From assembly GCF_009914755.1 (NCBI RefSeq), contig NC_060941.1: a stretch of DNA of 64,000 nucleotides; one strand, written 5' to 3'. Positions 25,895 through 40,949 of the stretch are shown piece by piece. This stretch comes from the human T2T-CHM13v2.0 reference genome, Homo sapiens. The position numbers were made by a program, and so were the translations under genes. A model generated the notes under the pieces. It saw nothing but the letters and a program-made list of their open reading frames with translations, did not search any database and was not told the DNA's origin. Positions within the stretch are counted from its first letter, which is position 1. Each line of letters begins with the position of its first letter.

Positions 25895-27560
25895 AACACC
25901 TCTTTCAATCAGTCTTTCAAAAATGGTCTATGAAGATTAACTTTCTTGGTGCTTTTTATGTCTAAGAATTATTTTTTTTTTCTGTTCCACTTGATTTCTA
26001 GCTTGGATACTTATTCAATTCTATATCCAAATTATTTTTCTCGTAGCTTAAAAAATTAAAATTTGTGTCCTCATTATCGTCTAATTTCCATTTTACTTAG
26101 AATGCAATTTAGAATATCCCTTTTGAGGTTGTCTTATTTCCATGGAGTTCTAAATATTCCCTTTAAGGTATCTAGGTATAGGTTTTTGCCATTAATTTTA
26201 TCTAGCACTGACACTTTCAGCCTAGAAATGTATACTTTTATCATCTGCAGGAAATTATACTGTTACTTATTTATTCCTGTCCATTCTCTTTGTTCATTTC
26301 TTCTGACATTCAGTTATATGGTTATTGGATCTTCATTTACCTCACTGTCTCTTCTTTAATCTTTTGTAATTTTTTTTTTGTTTTTATGTTATTTTGTTGG
26401 AATATCTTGGATTAATCTAACTCTTAAATAATTCAGACTTCCACCGAATTCAAACTTCGATTGAGCTCTTTACTTTCTTTGTAAATTTTATTTTTCAAGA
26501 CTTATTAAAATATAATTGACAGATAAAATTTTTACATATTTACAATGCAGGATGTGATGTTTCAATATTGTATATATTGTGAAATGATCAAGTCAAGCTA
26601 ATCAACATATCCAATACTTCACTTGTCATTTTTTTGTGATAACGTTTAAGATCTATTCTCTTGGCAATTTTCAAATATGCGATACATTATTATTAACTAC
26701 AGTCATGTACAATAGATTTACAGAACTTGTTTATCCTGTCTAATGGAAATTTGTACACTTTGATCAACACTTCCCCATCTTCACCCCATCAGCTCCTAGT
26801 AACCACCATTTATAAACCATCTGATAACAGGCTAATATGCAAAATATATAAGGAACTCAACTCAACAGCAAGAAAACAAATAACAATTAAAAATGGTCAA
26901 AGAATCTGAATAGAGATCTGTTAAGAGAAGAAATACAAAGGGCCAACAGGTATATGAATAAAAGGCTCAAGTCACTAATCATCAGGAAAATGCAAATTAA
27001 AACTATGATGAGATGTCACCTCACAACTGTTAGAATGGCTATTATCAGAAAAACATATATATATCACATACATACACATACGCACACAGACTAACAATGG
27101 CTCATTGTATGAAATTTTATTCATCCTTAAAAAATAAGGAGAGCCAATCATCTATGACAATATAGAGGAACCTGAAAAACATTATACTAAGTGAAATAAG
27201 CCAGGCACAGAAAGACAAATATTGCACAATCTCATTTATATGTAAAATCTAAAAAAGTTGAACTTATGGAAGCAGAGACCAGAAGATTGGTTAATTTTTT
27301 TTCACTTTATCATGTTTACATTTACATTAAAGAACACCAATTAACTTACTTTATAGTAGTCTATTTTGTTTTATGAATGTGATGGTCTTCTAAATATATC
27401 TGAGAATTTAGTTAGATTTATTGTTTCAGTTACCTTTTGATTCCATTCTTCATGGTTTTCTTAGTATTTATTGTTTTCTTTCTGTATTTAATATTCTACT
27501 TTCATGTGTGTATTTTCCTCAACTTTGGATTCTATTCATGTTTTAAAATAAGAATACCCT
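25895..27560 (-). mobile_element. Ancient antisense L1/HAL1 fragment hosting the inverted L1MA
   Basis: T-rich decayed L1 5'/ORF1 antisense pattern on both sides of 26482-27304. Confidence 0.5.
26498..27292 (-). mobile_element. L1MA (8/9-like) with 5' inversion: 3' end on minus (26498-26810), upstream part on plus (26811-27292)
   Basis: Minus piece begins AATGGTGGTTACTAGG; plus piece ends gaagcagagaccagaagattggtt. These are adjacent positions in the L1MA 3'UTR consensus. Confidence 0.85.
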
Positions 27561-28274
27561 GTATACCTGCACTGAGTGGCAGAAGGAACTGTGCAATGGG
27601 ATGTGAGGAGGGTTTATCTTCATAATTTATGTGTTCTCTGTATTTCTATGGCTGGCAAGTGATCTGGAGCACTGCCTTGCTTCTCTAGCATGAACTACAA
27701 CATTAGGAGTCTCCTCTTTTGCAACTCCCAGGTCAGAATTTAAGCTTTATTCTGGGGATAAAGCCTGAAATCACCTTCTTTTTCTGTCTTCTTTCTTCAT
27801 AGTGTTTTGTTGTTTTTTATGGTTCTCTTTGCCTTGTTTCCAGTCCCAAACTCATACTAAGTGTAATCAATGGGTTGAAAAAGTACATCTCTTCACTGTG
27901 TAGTAGTGACTATGTCAGAGGGAGAGTAGCCCATATGACTCAGTTGCTCAGAATGATTTGCTTTAATCAGCTGCTCTGACAGTTGCCCCAAAACCACATG
28001 CAGCTTTGAATATTTTTGACCCTTTGTATGGACGACCTCTTCTTTCCTGTTTATGTTTAAGTTTTCTTTATCCTTATATATCTATCAATTCATTCTGATT
28101 TGTTTTCTATCTTCCAGGAATTTTTCAAAATTCATGAACTATTGATCATGTCCTTTTTAAAAAATTTTTTACTACTGTTACTACTTGTACTGTTAAGTTT
28201 ATTTTTTCCTACATAATTTTGTGGGGGAAGGAAAATAGATGCAGATGTTGTATCTGAAATCTTTATTTAATCTG

Positions 28275-29075
28275 ATGTATCACTTCTCACCTATCACACT
28301 GGTAAACTTTCAAAAATATAAGACAATAGCTCCTGTAGGTGACACTGTGGAGAAACATGCACTTCATGTTTCCCCACACAAAGAATGCAAATTGTACAAC
28401 CCTTTTGGTGGGAAACTTGGCATACCTAATGAAACTACATATGCCCTAACATTTTGATTCAGCAATCTCACTTCTAAAAATCTATCTTGCATATGTATTT
28501 TTATTCCTCCAACACTATAAAAATACATAGCACAAGGTTATTTATTGCAGTGTTGTTTATATATGCAAAATATTGGAAACAACCTAAATGCCTATATATA
28601 TGGCAGAGTGGCTGAATAAACTATGATACATTCACATAATGAGAACTATGTAGCTATAAAAAATAATGAGAAAAATCTCTATGAACTGATATGGGATAAT
28701 TTCATCTGACATACTGTTAAGTGAAAAAGCAAAGCAGAAAAAATACCTATAGCATGCTGTTTTCATATAAGAAATAAGGGGACATAAGAAGATACTGATG
28801 TAGCTGCTTATTTGTAAAAACACATTTTTGTTTCTGATTAATCAGAAACTAAAGACAAACAACAACAAAAAAAACCTGTTTACCTGTACAAATAGGTAGG
28901 AAAGAAAGAGAGAAAGAAATGCAGAATGGTCTCAGGGTAGCAGAGATGAGAAGGGAATATATCTGACTCTTAGATATATTTGTATATATCTGACCCTTAG
29001 AGCTATAGTAATGTTTCAAAAACACTTTACATTTCTTAAAACGTAAACAAATATGAACAACCAGGATGTACGTGG
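28275..29075 (+). mobile_element. Old L1 3' region (L1MC/L1ME-like)
   Basis: 'tttgattcagcaatctcacttcta', 'tattggaaacaacctaaatgcc', 'ctgttaagtgaaaaagcaa'. Confidence 0.75.
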
Positions 29076-29237
29076 TACAAATAGTACCCCCATTAAAGAA
29101 AAATTAAGTCAGGCTAGGCTTCTTGTCAATAAAGGATAAAAAAAATTGTTAAGCAAATAATTGGTCCTACCAAAAGATTCAGTAGCATTATAGAAGAAAA
29201 TAAACAGAGGAGTTTTCTTACAAGTTTACAAAGGACC

Positions 29238-29845
<608 letters not shown>

Positions 29846-29992
29846 AAAGGTATGTTTCTAAATACTGCACACCATAAAAAATTATAATGAAACTTAGTGT
29901 CTTTTATTTTTCTCTCATGAAGAAGCATGCAAGTAAACAAATACAAAATAACATGGATTATCTAAAATAAGCAGGAAATATGGGATGGCCAT

Positions 29993-30355
29993 TGATATGG
30001 TTTGGCTGTGTGCCCACCTAAATCTCATCTTGAATTGTAGCCATTACAATTCCCACATGTTGTGGGAGGGACCCAGTGGGAGATAACTGAATCATGGGAG
30101 CGGCTTCTCCTATACTGTGCTGGTGATAGTGAATAAGTCTCAGGAGATCTGATGCCTTTGTAAGGGGAAATCCCTTTCTCTTGATTCTCATTCTCTGTCT
30201 TGCCTGCTGCCATGTAAGATGTGACTTTTGCTCTCTGCCATGATTGTGAGGCCTCCCCAGCCACGTGGAACTGTAAGCCCATTAAACCTCTTTTCTTTAT
30301 AAATTACCCAGTCTCAGGTATGTCTTTATCAGCAGTGTGAAAACGAACTAATACA
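29993..30355 (+). mobile_element. THE1 (B-like) solo LTR
   Basis: TGATATGGTTTGGCTGTG...AACTAATACA; perfect 5-bp TSD GCCAT at 29988-29992 and 30356-30360. Confidence 0.95.
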
Positions 30356-30360
30356 GCCAT

Positions 30361-30745
30361 GCAATAGAGACATAAAGTAGAATGACAGAGTAAATGAAAA
30401 GAAGGGAGAAAGAAAAAGTGCCATATTAAAATCAAAATGAGACTCTAAAGAGCAAAGATTTAAGCTGACTCTAAAGAAAATCAAATAAGAGAAACGGATG
30501 AGAAACATTTTTAAAATGTGGAGAACAATAAGTGAAAAGATGTAGACCATAACACAAATATGTAAAAGGAAAGCTAATACAGTGGGAACAAATGAATAAT
30601 CAGTGTGCTTTATGAAGGAAATGATATTATGGAACAAATCAATATTTAAAATACAAAAAAATTATGACTGATTAGAGACTTCAGTCTACAGATTGAAAGA
30701 CTCAAGACTCATGACTCACACACCACCTGAACAGGACAAATTAAG
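30361..30745 (+). mobile_element. Ancient L1 ORF1/HAL1-like fragment
   Basis: A-rich; 'gacttcagtctacagattgaaagac' ORF1-like. Confidence 0.5.
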
Positions 30746-31960
30746 TCAACTGGAGTGATATGGGATTAGAATCTTAAAAGAATTTTCACAAGGCTTCTTT
30801 TAATTCAACACTATTGCAGAATCACAGTCAGTTTCTCTTTCTGCAAGATATATCTTTTAACTGGGAAGAGTTTATGTTTTTCAACGATCACTGTGATATG
30901 ACATGCTACTTCTTTAATTAGAGAGGTCTGTAGCAGAGACACTTCACACTCTCAATCATTAGGCAAAAGTGGTCATTTTTCTGAGAATATCTTCTTTTCT
31001 GGTTCCATTTCAATTATTCCATTTCCATGTTAAAGCAATTTTCTTACCAAACTTTGAACTCATTTATTTGGCTGCTTTTGATTTAGACATAAACCAAAGG
31101 CAATATGTTTATATGGCTTTTCTGACACTTTTATTGCTCATCTTTAAAGAAAAAAAACTCAGTGAGTTTTACTTTTCAAAAATATTTACTCTTTTTTTCA
31201 AACTATTGCTTTTGAATTTTTGAGCAATGTTAAGAAAAAAATGTAGAATAAGAAATGTTATGGTGTAGACCTGGTAATTTATTGAATCTTTATTAAACAA
31301 AAATTGACTTATGCCAGGACCATAGGTTTTAACAACTGTATAGTTAGAACCTGAACTAGGGTCTTGCATATCATTCCAGTGAATTTTTAGGAAAAGGTTT
31401 TATTTCTTCTCTTTAATCATGTATTGAATTTAGAAAAGCACTACACTCAGATTCAACGTCTAATCCTGTAAGACAAGCATGCTTCAGATATGTTACTAAT
31501 GGGAATCAATGAAAGAAAAGTAAAAGACTGAAAGATCTTAATCGATCACATCAAGGTCCAAGTGTTTTTGCTATAAAGTCAATTGACACTAAACCAGAAA
31601 TCCAATATTAGATTTCATTTAAAATTTGACTGCCTTAGAATTATGATGAGCTTAATGAGTTACTAAGTGAAAATGTCAACAAATCGGTTATGGTGAATTT
31701 AACTTTTGTAGAGCCTTACACAGAGTAAAGACAGGAATCCTGGACCAAGACATGTTGCCTCAGAAGTACGTGCTTTCACAGCAACAATCAGATCTTGTGC
31801 ATTTGTCATGGGCACTTATAGGAATTGCTTTTCTATTGGTCTCCCTAACTCAAGCCTCCTTCCCCTTGTTTCCTACATTCTGTGACTAGCAGTGCTCATG
31901 CAGGAAATATCTGGTAGGTAATGCTTGTTATTGTTGAATTTTTAAGAAATAATTGGCAAA

Positions 31961-32422
31961 AAGAAAAAGTATATATCAAAATAATACCTGCACTCACTTG
32001 TTTATATGTGCCCATCAACAGTGAATTGGATAAAGAAAATGTAGCATATATACCCCATGGAATATTAAGAAGCCATAAAGAAGGAATGAAATCTTGTCCT
32101 TTGCAGCAACGTGGAGGCAGCTGGAGGCCACTATCCTAAGTGAATTATTAATCCAGAAACAAAACCAAATACCACATGTTCTCATTTATAAGTGAGAGTT
32201 AAATAGTAGATACACACAGACATAAAGATGACAATGATAGGCACTGGGGACTCCAAAAGGGGGGAGGTAGAGAAGGGAGGGGAACAAGGTTGAAAAATTA
32301 CCTCTTGGATGCTACATTCACTATATGGGTGATGGGTTCAACAGAAACTCAAACCTCAGCCTTAGTGAACAAATCTGCACATATATCCCTTGAATCTAAA
32401 ACAAAACAAAATTTAAAACATT
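31961..32422 (+). mobile_element. L1PB-like 3' end (5'-truncated)
   Basis: 'cactggggactccaaaagggggg..ggttgaaaaattacc..tgaatctaaaa'; degenerate TSD aaata(a/t)ttggcaaa. Confidence 0.85.
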
Positions 32423-32698
32423 AAAATATTTGGCAAATTCTAGTTATCCTTTAGGAGAAAAGTTGTCTTTGATAGTAAAAGGTCAAATGCAATGCTGGAG
32501 ATCAAGAAGGACAGCATCTCAAGACTATGGGCATTATTTTTTTATTAAAGAAGGAAATTTTTAATGGCTTTATTATTCTATATACTCTTCTCAGATCAGT
32601 TTGATTTAGGCTAACAATGGTCACATCTCACTTACCTGGCACAATGCTGGTAAACAATTCAGTCATAAATAGGGAAGAATGGATAATCTAAATAGTTA

Positions 32699-33008
32699 AG
32701 CCATGCACGGTGGATCATGCCTGTAACCCCAACAGTTTGGGAGGCCAAAGTGGGATTGCTTGAAGCCAGGAGTTTAAGACCAGCCTAGGCAACATGGTAA
32801 ACCTCATCTCTACCAAAAATACAAAAATCAGCCTGGCATGATAGCATGTGCCTGTGGTCCTAGCTACTCAGGAGGTTGAGGTGGGAGGATAGCTTGAGCC
32901 CTTGGAGGTTGAGGCTACAGTGAGCCAAGATCATGCCACTGCACTCCAGACAGTGGAGTGACAGGTAACAGAGAGAGACCCTGTCTCTAAATAAATAAAT
33001 AAATAAAT
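32699..33008 (+). mobile_element. AluJ with (TAAA)n tail
   Basis: 'gggaggatagcttgagcc..gaggctacagtgagc..gaccctgtctc' AluJ diagnostics. Confidence 0.92.
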
Positions 33009-33529
33009 GTAGTTATATTTATCTATAGGGTACATTTTTATAGAAACAGCAAAGTGATAGTCTTTATTTTTATTGATTCATAGTAAAACTAATGTGGAAA
33101 TTTTAAAGTCATAAAAAATGTTCTAGACAACATGCACAAACTCTAGAAAACAAAAATTTAATAAATTTGGGAGTGAGACAGCTATAAATCATTCACAAAT
33201 TGCAAATTCTTAATTTAGTATTCTTTAAATTTTTTAAAGAAATGTCAATATTAGAGATAGCTGTTTTAGAGCACTGTAAGATATGAAATTCTCTGCTTAT
33301 GACCTCAGGATCATTATGTTAGAAATGCAAGAGACATGGACCGTCATGTCCAACATTTCTCAAAGTTCATTCCATAGCTCTCAGTCACACTCTGAAAAAA
33401 AATATTCACTGGCTAATACATTTGTGAAACTCGGAATAATATACAACTCCTATAGAGATTTATACAATAGTCAACATATCAAAGTAATGAGAAATCTTGT
33501 AGTATGAAAAGCTATTTAACTTTGAAAGA

Positions 33530-33770
33530 AAATATAGCATGATAGTTCAAAAGATCATGGATGCTAGAACTAGACTGGGTGGGTTTAAAGCCCGGTTTTG
33601 CTTCTTAGTAGTTCTGTGAGCTTAAGCTACTTATTTAACCTCACTGTATCTGTTTGCTTAAATAAAGACCAAAAAATGCCTATTTCAAACAATATTCTTG
33701 GAATAATTTAAACAAGTCAATATAGAGAAAAAATATAGTATCGGGCACATCATAATAACTATTATAGAAC
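33530..33770 (+). mobile_element. MIR
   Basis: 'tagactgggtgggtttaaagcccgg..ctgtgagcttaag..ttatttaacctcactg'. Confidence 0.65.
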
Positions 33771-33843
33771 ATTTTAGTTGGCACTTCTCAAATATAACTG
33801 ACCATTTGTGTGTGTACACCTCTTAATAGCCCAAAGAACATGA

Positions 33844-34148
<305 letters not shown>

Positions 34149-34783
34149 CAAGCTCATTTTAAGAAAAGAAAAACAACACTCACAAAGGCCAAATTACATT
34201 GACAGGTGTTGACAGGGAGTAACTAACAGGTAGAACTAGAACTTAGTTCTCCTTCATCCCTATCCAATCCTGTTTCACAGTGGCATTCTACATTTTAACT
34301 AGGTGATCTCTAGACTAAAGAATATTTCTGCATATATATTTTTCTATATTTTATACGTAGTCAGTCAGCCATTATGGGTTTCATCTTCCCTTAAATCTTA
34401 AAACCCCGCATTTTTACCTGTGGGCAATACCTTGAAGTTTCAGAAAATGCTCAAAATCTTCCCTGAAATTGTCATGATGTATTGATAGGATTATTCAGTA
34501 ATGGAAATAACAGAGATTTTTTAGAAGTTTTCTGTAAAAAATTTGCAAAAAATAATCTAGCTTTTTTATTCTAAATATATTTGAAGGGAAAAGAGATCTA
34601 AAATTTCTTAGTAAAGACATCAAAACAAGTGAAAATGCCCTTTAAGTCATAGTGGGTTTTTTAAAAAATATTTTCTAAAAGTCCAGCTGCTTTCATTCCT
34701 TTCTGATATTGTAACTGCTTCTAGTGTACCTGAGAACCAGGCTTCAAATAAAGCTGCAGCTTTTAAAGGAAACAAAGGAAGTT

Positions 34784-34797
34784 GTTGCCTTAGCAAC
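34784..34797. promoter_or_regulatory. RFX X-box
   Basis: GTTGCCTTAGCAAC fits GTNRCC-N(0-3)-RGYAAC, in apparently non-repeat DNA; motif match only. Confidence 0.5.
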
Positions 34798-36377
34798 AGG
34801 AACTACATAAGGTCCCACACAGCACTTCTATCTCTAGCAATTCCCTTCCAGTTCTGTATGTGTGCACCTAAATAGCATGGAGAATGGAGCTCTGCCCTTG
34901 GACTCTTTCAATAAGAGAATTCATTGAAATTTTCTTTGGAATTAGGCAGTTTCATGTGGGAACTTCAGTGGCATGTCTAAGATGCCTATTGTGAATGGGA
35001 AAAAATGTAGATTTGTGAAAATGAATCACATTTGCCCATATGGCTAACTCTAGGTAAACATCTGTTCCTTACATTGTGTTAACAGAAACTAAGTTTGGGG
35101 AAGCCTCATACTTTAGGCTGTAAAAGAATGGAATCTGTGAAGCTGGAAAACCCACCATATGTCTTCTACTCCTAAGCACCCTCTTTTGCCTTCAGTTCTC
35201 AAACATGTTTACTTGGGGCATGTGATAGCAAAATAAATAAATAAATAAATAAATATCAAAAGGCATCTTTAGTAGGAGGAAAATGAAAGACTTCATTGCA
35301 ATAGAAGGAAGTGGAGCAAGATGGCCTGATAGAAGCTGCCAGTAATTGCCCCCTCGACTGGAACAATGAAGTGAACAACTATCCGTGCAAGACATCACCT
35401 TCATAGGAACCAAAAATCAGCTGCGCCATCACAGTGCCTAGTTTTAACATCACAGCAAAGAAAGAGGCACTGAGGAAGGTAGAAAAGATAGTCTTGAATT
35501 GCTGATGCCACCCCTCCCGACTACCTGGCAGTGGCCCTGTGGTGCAGAGAAAATATGTGTTCTCAGAAGAGAGAGAGCACAGTGATTGTGGGATTTTGCA
35601 TTGCAGCTCATTACCGCCTGTCATAGCAGAAAGCAACATAAGGCAGAATTCAGCGACACCCAAGGAGGGAGCATTTAGACCAGCCCTAACCAGAGCGCAA
35701 ACATCCATCCCAGTGGACAGACCTGAGTTCCAGCTAGCCCCACCACCATAGGCTACAGCACTCAGGGAGCCTAAAAAAACTTGAAAGGCTGTATAGGCTG
35801 TGAGGACTGCAATTGCTGGGCAACTCTTTGTGCTGTGCTGGGCTCAGAGCCAGTGGACTTGGAGTGCACTCAATCTATTATATTAAGACATCAGCCTGGG
35901 CAGCCAGAGGAATACTTGCATTACCGGTCCCCTAATCTTAGACAGCACAGCTCGCAGCTCTAGGAGAGACTCCTTCCTTCTGCTTGAGATGAGGAGAGGG
36001 GAGAGAAAAGAGGACTTTGTCTTACAACTTGGATACCAGCTCGGCCATAGTAGAATAGGGCACCAGGCAGAGTCCTCAGGTCCCAGTTCAGGCTCTAGCT
36101 CTTGGACAACATTTCTAGACACACACTGGGCCAGAAAGTAATCTGCTGCCTTGAAGGTAATGAAGGATCCTGCCTTGAAGGTCTAGCCGGATCCATCACC
36201 TGCAGACGCAAGAGCCCTTAGGTCTTGGATAAACAACAGTAGCCAAACAGTACTCACTATAGGCCTTGGTGAGCCCCAGTGCAGTGCTGGCTTCAAGTGT
36301 GACCCAGCATATTCTCTGCTGTGGTGGCCATTGAGAGACTTCTTGTGCTTAAGGAAAGAAGAGGGAAGAATAAAGGA

Positions 36378-36670
36378 GGCTGGGTGCAGTGGCTCACACC
36401 TGTAATCCCAGCACTTTGGGAGGCCAAGGCAGGTGGATCACTTGAGGTCAGGAGTTAGAGACCAGCCTGAGCAACATAGCGAAACCTCGTCTCTATTAAA
36501 AATACAAAAATTAGCCGGGTGGGGTGGCACACATCTGTGTGATCTTAGGTACTCAGGAGGCTGAGGCAGGAGAATTGCTTGAACCCAGGAGGCAGAGGTT
36601 GCAGTCAGCCGAGATCACACCATTGCACTTCAGCCTGGGCAACAAAGCCTGTCTCAAAAAAAAAAAAAAA
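36378..36670 (+). mobile_element. AluS nested in the L1 5'UTR
   Basis: Full Alu; flanking taaagga duplicated at 36371-36377 and 36673-36679. Confidence 0.95.
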
Positions 36671-38148
36671 AGTAAAGGAGACTTTGTCTTGCAGCTTGAG
36701 TACCAGCTTGGACATAGCAGGATAGAGCACCAAACAGGCTTCTGAGATTCCCGATTCCAGCCTTGGCACTTGAACCACATTTCTGGACCCACGCTGGGCA
36801 GAGGGATGCCCACTGCCCTTAAGAGAAAGACCTAGGCCTAGCAACATTCACCATAAGCTGACTAAAGAGCCCTGGGAACTTGGGTGAACATTGCGGTAGC
36901 CAGGTAGTATTTCTTGGGGCCATGGGGTAGTAGTGGGCATGGGGGGAGATTCCTTCTGTTTGATGAAAGGAAAGGAAAGAATGGAAAGGAGAAAGGACTT
37001 AGTCTCGTGGCTTGGGTGTCAGCTCAACTGCAATAGAATAGAGCACCGAATAGATTCCTAAGTTTCTTGACTCCAGGCCCTAGCTCCCAGACATCTCAGG
37101 ACCTGCCCTGGGCCACAGGGGAGCTCACCACTCTGAAGAAAAAAACGCACGCCTGGCTAGATTTGCCACCAGCTAACTAAAGAGCACCTGGGCACTGAGT
37201 GAATATCAGCCACAGCTAGAAGGTAGTTGTCGTGGGCCTTGGGCAAGACCCAGGGCTGTGCTGGCATCAGGTCTGACCCAGCACAGTCCCATTGGTGATG
37301 AGCAAAGTGTGGTTTATGTTACCCCTCCCCTAGCTCCAGGCAGCTCCATTGTTTAGGGGAAAGTAAGGGAAGAGAACAAGAGACTCTGCCTGGTAATCCA
37401 GGGAATTCTCCTGGATCTTACCCAAGACCACTAAAGAGGTACCTCTATGAGTCTGCAAGAGTGACAGCATTCCAGGACTTGGGCTGACCCTCATGCAGAT
37501 ATGGCTTCAGTGAACAAAAACTTAGATCACAACATTCAATTCCCTTTGAACACTCGGAAAGCCTTCTCAACAAGGACAGGTACAAACAAGCCTAGACTGC
37601 GAAGACTACAATAAATAGCTACGCTTCGATGCCCAGGCATGGACAGACTTTCAGAAGCCATCAAGATCATTCAGGAAAACATGACTTCATGAAATGAACT
37701 AAATAAGGTACTAGTGACCAATCCCAGAGTGATAGAGATATGCCACATTTTAGACAGAGAATTCACAATAGCTGTTTTGAGAAAGCACATGAAATTCAAG
37801 ATAACACAGAAAAAATTCAGAATCCTATCAGATAAAGTTAACAAAGAGATTGAAATATTTTTTAAAACAAGCAGAAATTGTGAAACAGAAAAATTCAATT
37901 GATATATTGAAGAATGCATGTGATTCAACAGCAGAATTGATGAGGCAGAAGAAAGAATTTGTGAGCTTGAAGACAGGTTATTTGAAAACCAAATGTCAGA
38001 GAAGACAACAGAAAAAAATGAAACATGTTTACAAGATCTAGAAAATAGCCTCAAAAGGACAAATCTAAGAGTTATTGGTTTTAAAGAGAAGGTGGAGATA
38101 GGTGAGGTAGAAAGTTTATTCAAAGGGATAATAACAAAATACTTCACT

Positions 38149-38479
<331 letters not shown>

Positions 38480-39739
38480 TCAACTGCAAGAAAGGACAGT
38501 CTCTTCAATAAATGATGCTGGGAATACCAAATATCCACATGCAGAAGAAAAAACTGGACCCCTATCTCTCGCCTGGTACAAAACCCAAATCAAAATGGAT
38601 TAAAGATTTAAATTTAAGACTTCAAACTATGAAACTACTACAAGAAAACATTACAGAAACTCTCCAGGACATTGGTCTGAGCAACAATTTCTTGAGTAAT
38701 AGCCCACAAGCACAGGCAACCAAAGGAAAAATGGACAAATGGCATCACATCAAGTTTCAAAGCTTCTGAACAACAAAGGAAAAATTCAACAATATAGAGA
38801 GACTTCCCACAGAATGGCAGAAAATATTTGCAATCTATTCATGTGACAAGTGTCTAATAACCAGAATATGTAAAGGGCTCAAACACCTCAACAGGAAAAA
38901 CTCTAATAATCTCATTAAAAAATAGGCAAAAGATGTGAATAGACATTTCTCAAAAGAAGATATGCAAATGGAAAACAGGTATATGAGAAGGTGATCAACA
39001 TCATTGATCAACAGAGAAATGCAAATCAGAACTGCAATGAGATAACATCTCACCCCAGTTAAAATGGCTTTATCCAAAAATAAATAATCATAAGTGCTGA
39101 CAAAGATATGAAGAAAAGGGAACCCTCATAGACTATTGGTGAAAATGTAAATGAGTGCAGCCACTATGAAGAACAGTCCAGAGGCACCCTGAAAAACTAA
39201 AAATAGAACTCTCATATGATCCAGCAAACTCACTGCTAGGTATACACCCAAAAGAAAGGAACTCGGTATATCAAAGAGATATCTACCCTTCTGTGTTTAT
39301 TGCAACACTATTTACAATAGCCAAGATGTGGAAGCAACCTAAGTGTTCATCATCAAATGAATGGATAAAGAAAATATGGTACATATACACAATAGAGTAC
39401 TATTCAGCCATAAAAAGAATATGATCTTATAATTTGGAACACCATGAATAGAACTGGAGGACATTTTGTTAACTGAAATAAGCCAGGCACAGAAAGACAA
39501 AATTGTTCTCATGTTCTCACTCATTTGTGGGAGCTGAAAATTAAAACAATTGAACTCTTGGAGAGTAGAATGATGGTTACCAGAAGCTGAGAAAGGTAGT
39601 GGTGGAGAGGGGGGAACGGGAATGCTTAATAGGTATAAAAATATAGTTATGTAGAATGAATAAGATATAGTATTTGATAGCACAACTGAGTGAGTGCAGT
39701 CAACAATAATTTAGTGTATGTTTAAAAATAGCTAAAAGA

Positions 39740-40082
<343 letters not shown>

Positions 40083-40949
40083 TTATTACACATTGTATGG
40101 TTGTATCAAAATATCTCATGTGCCTCATAAATGTATACACCTACTATGTACCCATATTAATCCATTAAAAAGGCAATGTAAATTACTATTCCTTTTATTA
40201 TTCAATATCTTGTATTATCATTTAAATTTAAAGATGCTGAAATGTTCAAGTTCAGCCTAGGTGCCTGTCCCTCCATAGTCAATCATATCTCAGTGCCTAG
40301 AGTCAATTTATTCACTGACTCATTCATTTGTGAAAGTAAAATGGACTGTGTGTTTGTGTTTGTGTTTGCTACGTTAGAGATTCAGAGTAATACAAAACAT
40401 GACCACTGCCTTTGAAGGGTTGCAATGTTGCCAGAAGATGAGATAAGTCGTAAACATGAAGTACATTAAAAATTCAAGGGCAATATTACTCTTACAGTTA
40501 GTCATCTATGAATGCTTTTAGTTTTAAATACCAATAATCTGGAGAATCACACTCTCTTTCCTCTTCCACATCAATGTCATCCTCTTCATTCATCCTCATA
40601 AACTATGTTCTAATCATTCCTTCTTTTGTCTTCTTTTTCTTTCCACCTCCAGGCTCTTCCCCTTTATTTTTATTAAGTCAACAAATGCATGTGTCTCTGC
40701 TACATGCCAGACACTATACTAGATCTAGGGATTTAAAAAATTATATGATTACACAAATATTTATCAATACTTTACAGAACAATCTTTTAAAAATCAAATA
40801 TGATCATAGAAACTCTTCGCCTGAAACTTCTTACTCAGTCAGCCTTTGCTTAGTATATTAGTTTCCTAAATTGTTGTAACAAATTACTGTAATTTTCATT
40901 TTCCTCTGCCTCCACTATTGCCTATAAGGTTAGATCACTTCCCATCACT

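Noticed and set aside
32258-32290. G-rich tract with possible G-quadruplex
   Set aside because: Ordinary L1 3'UTR polypurine tract with irregular G runs.
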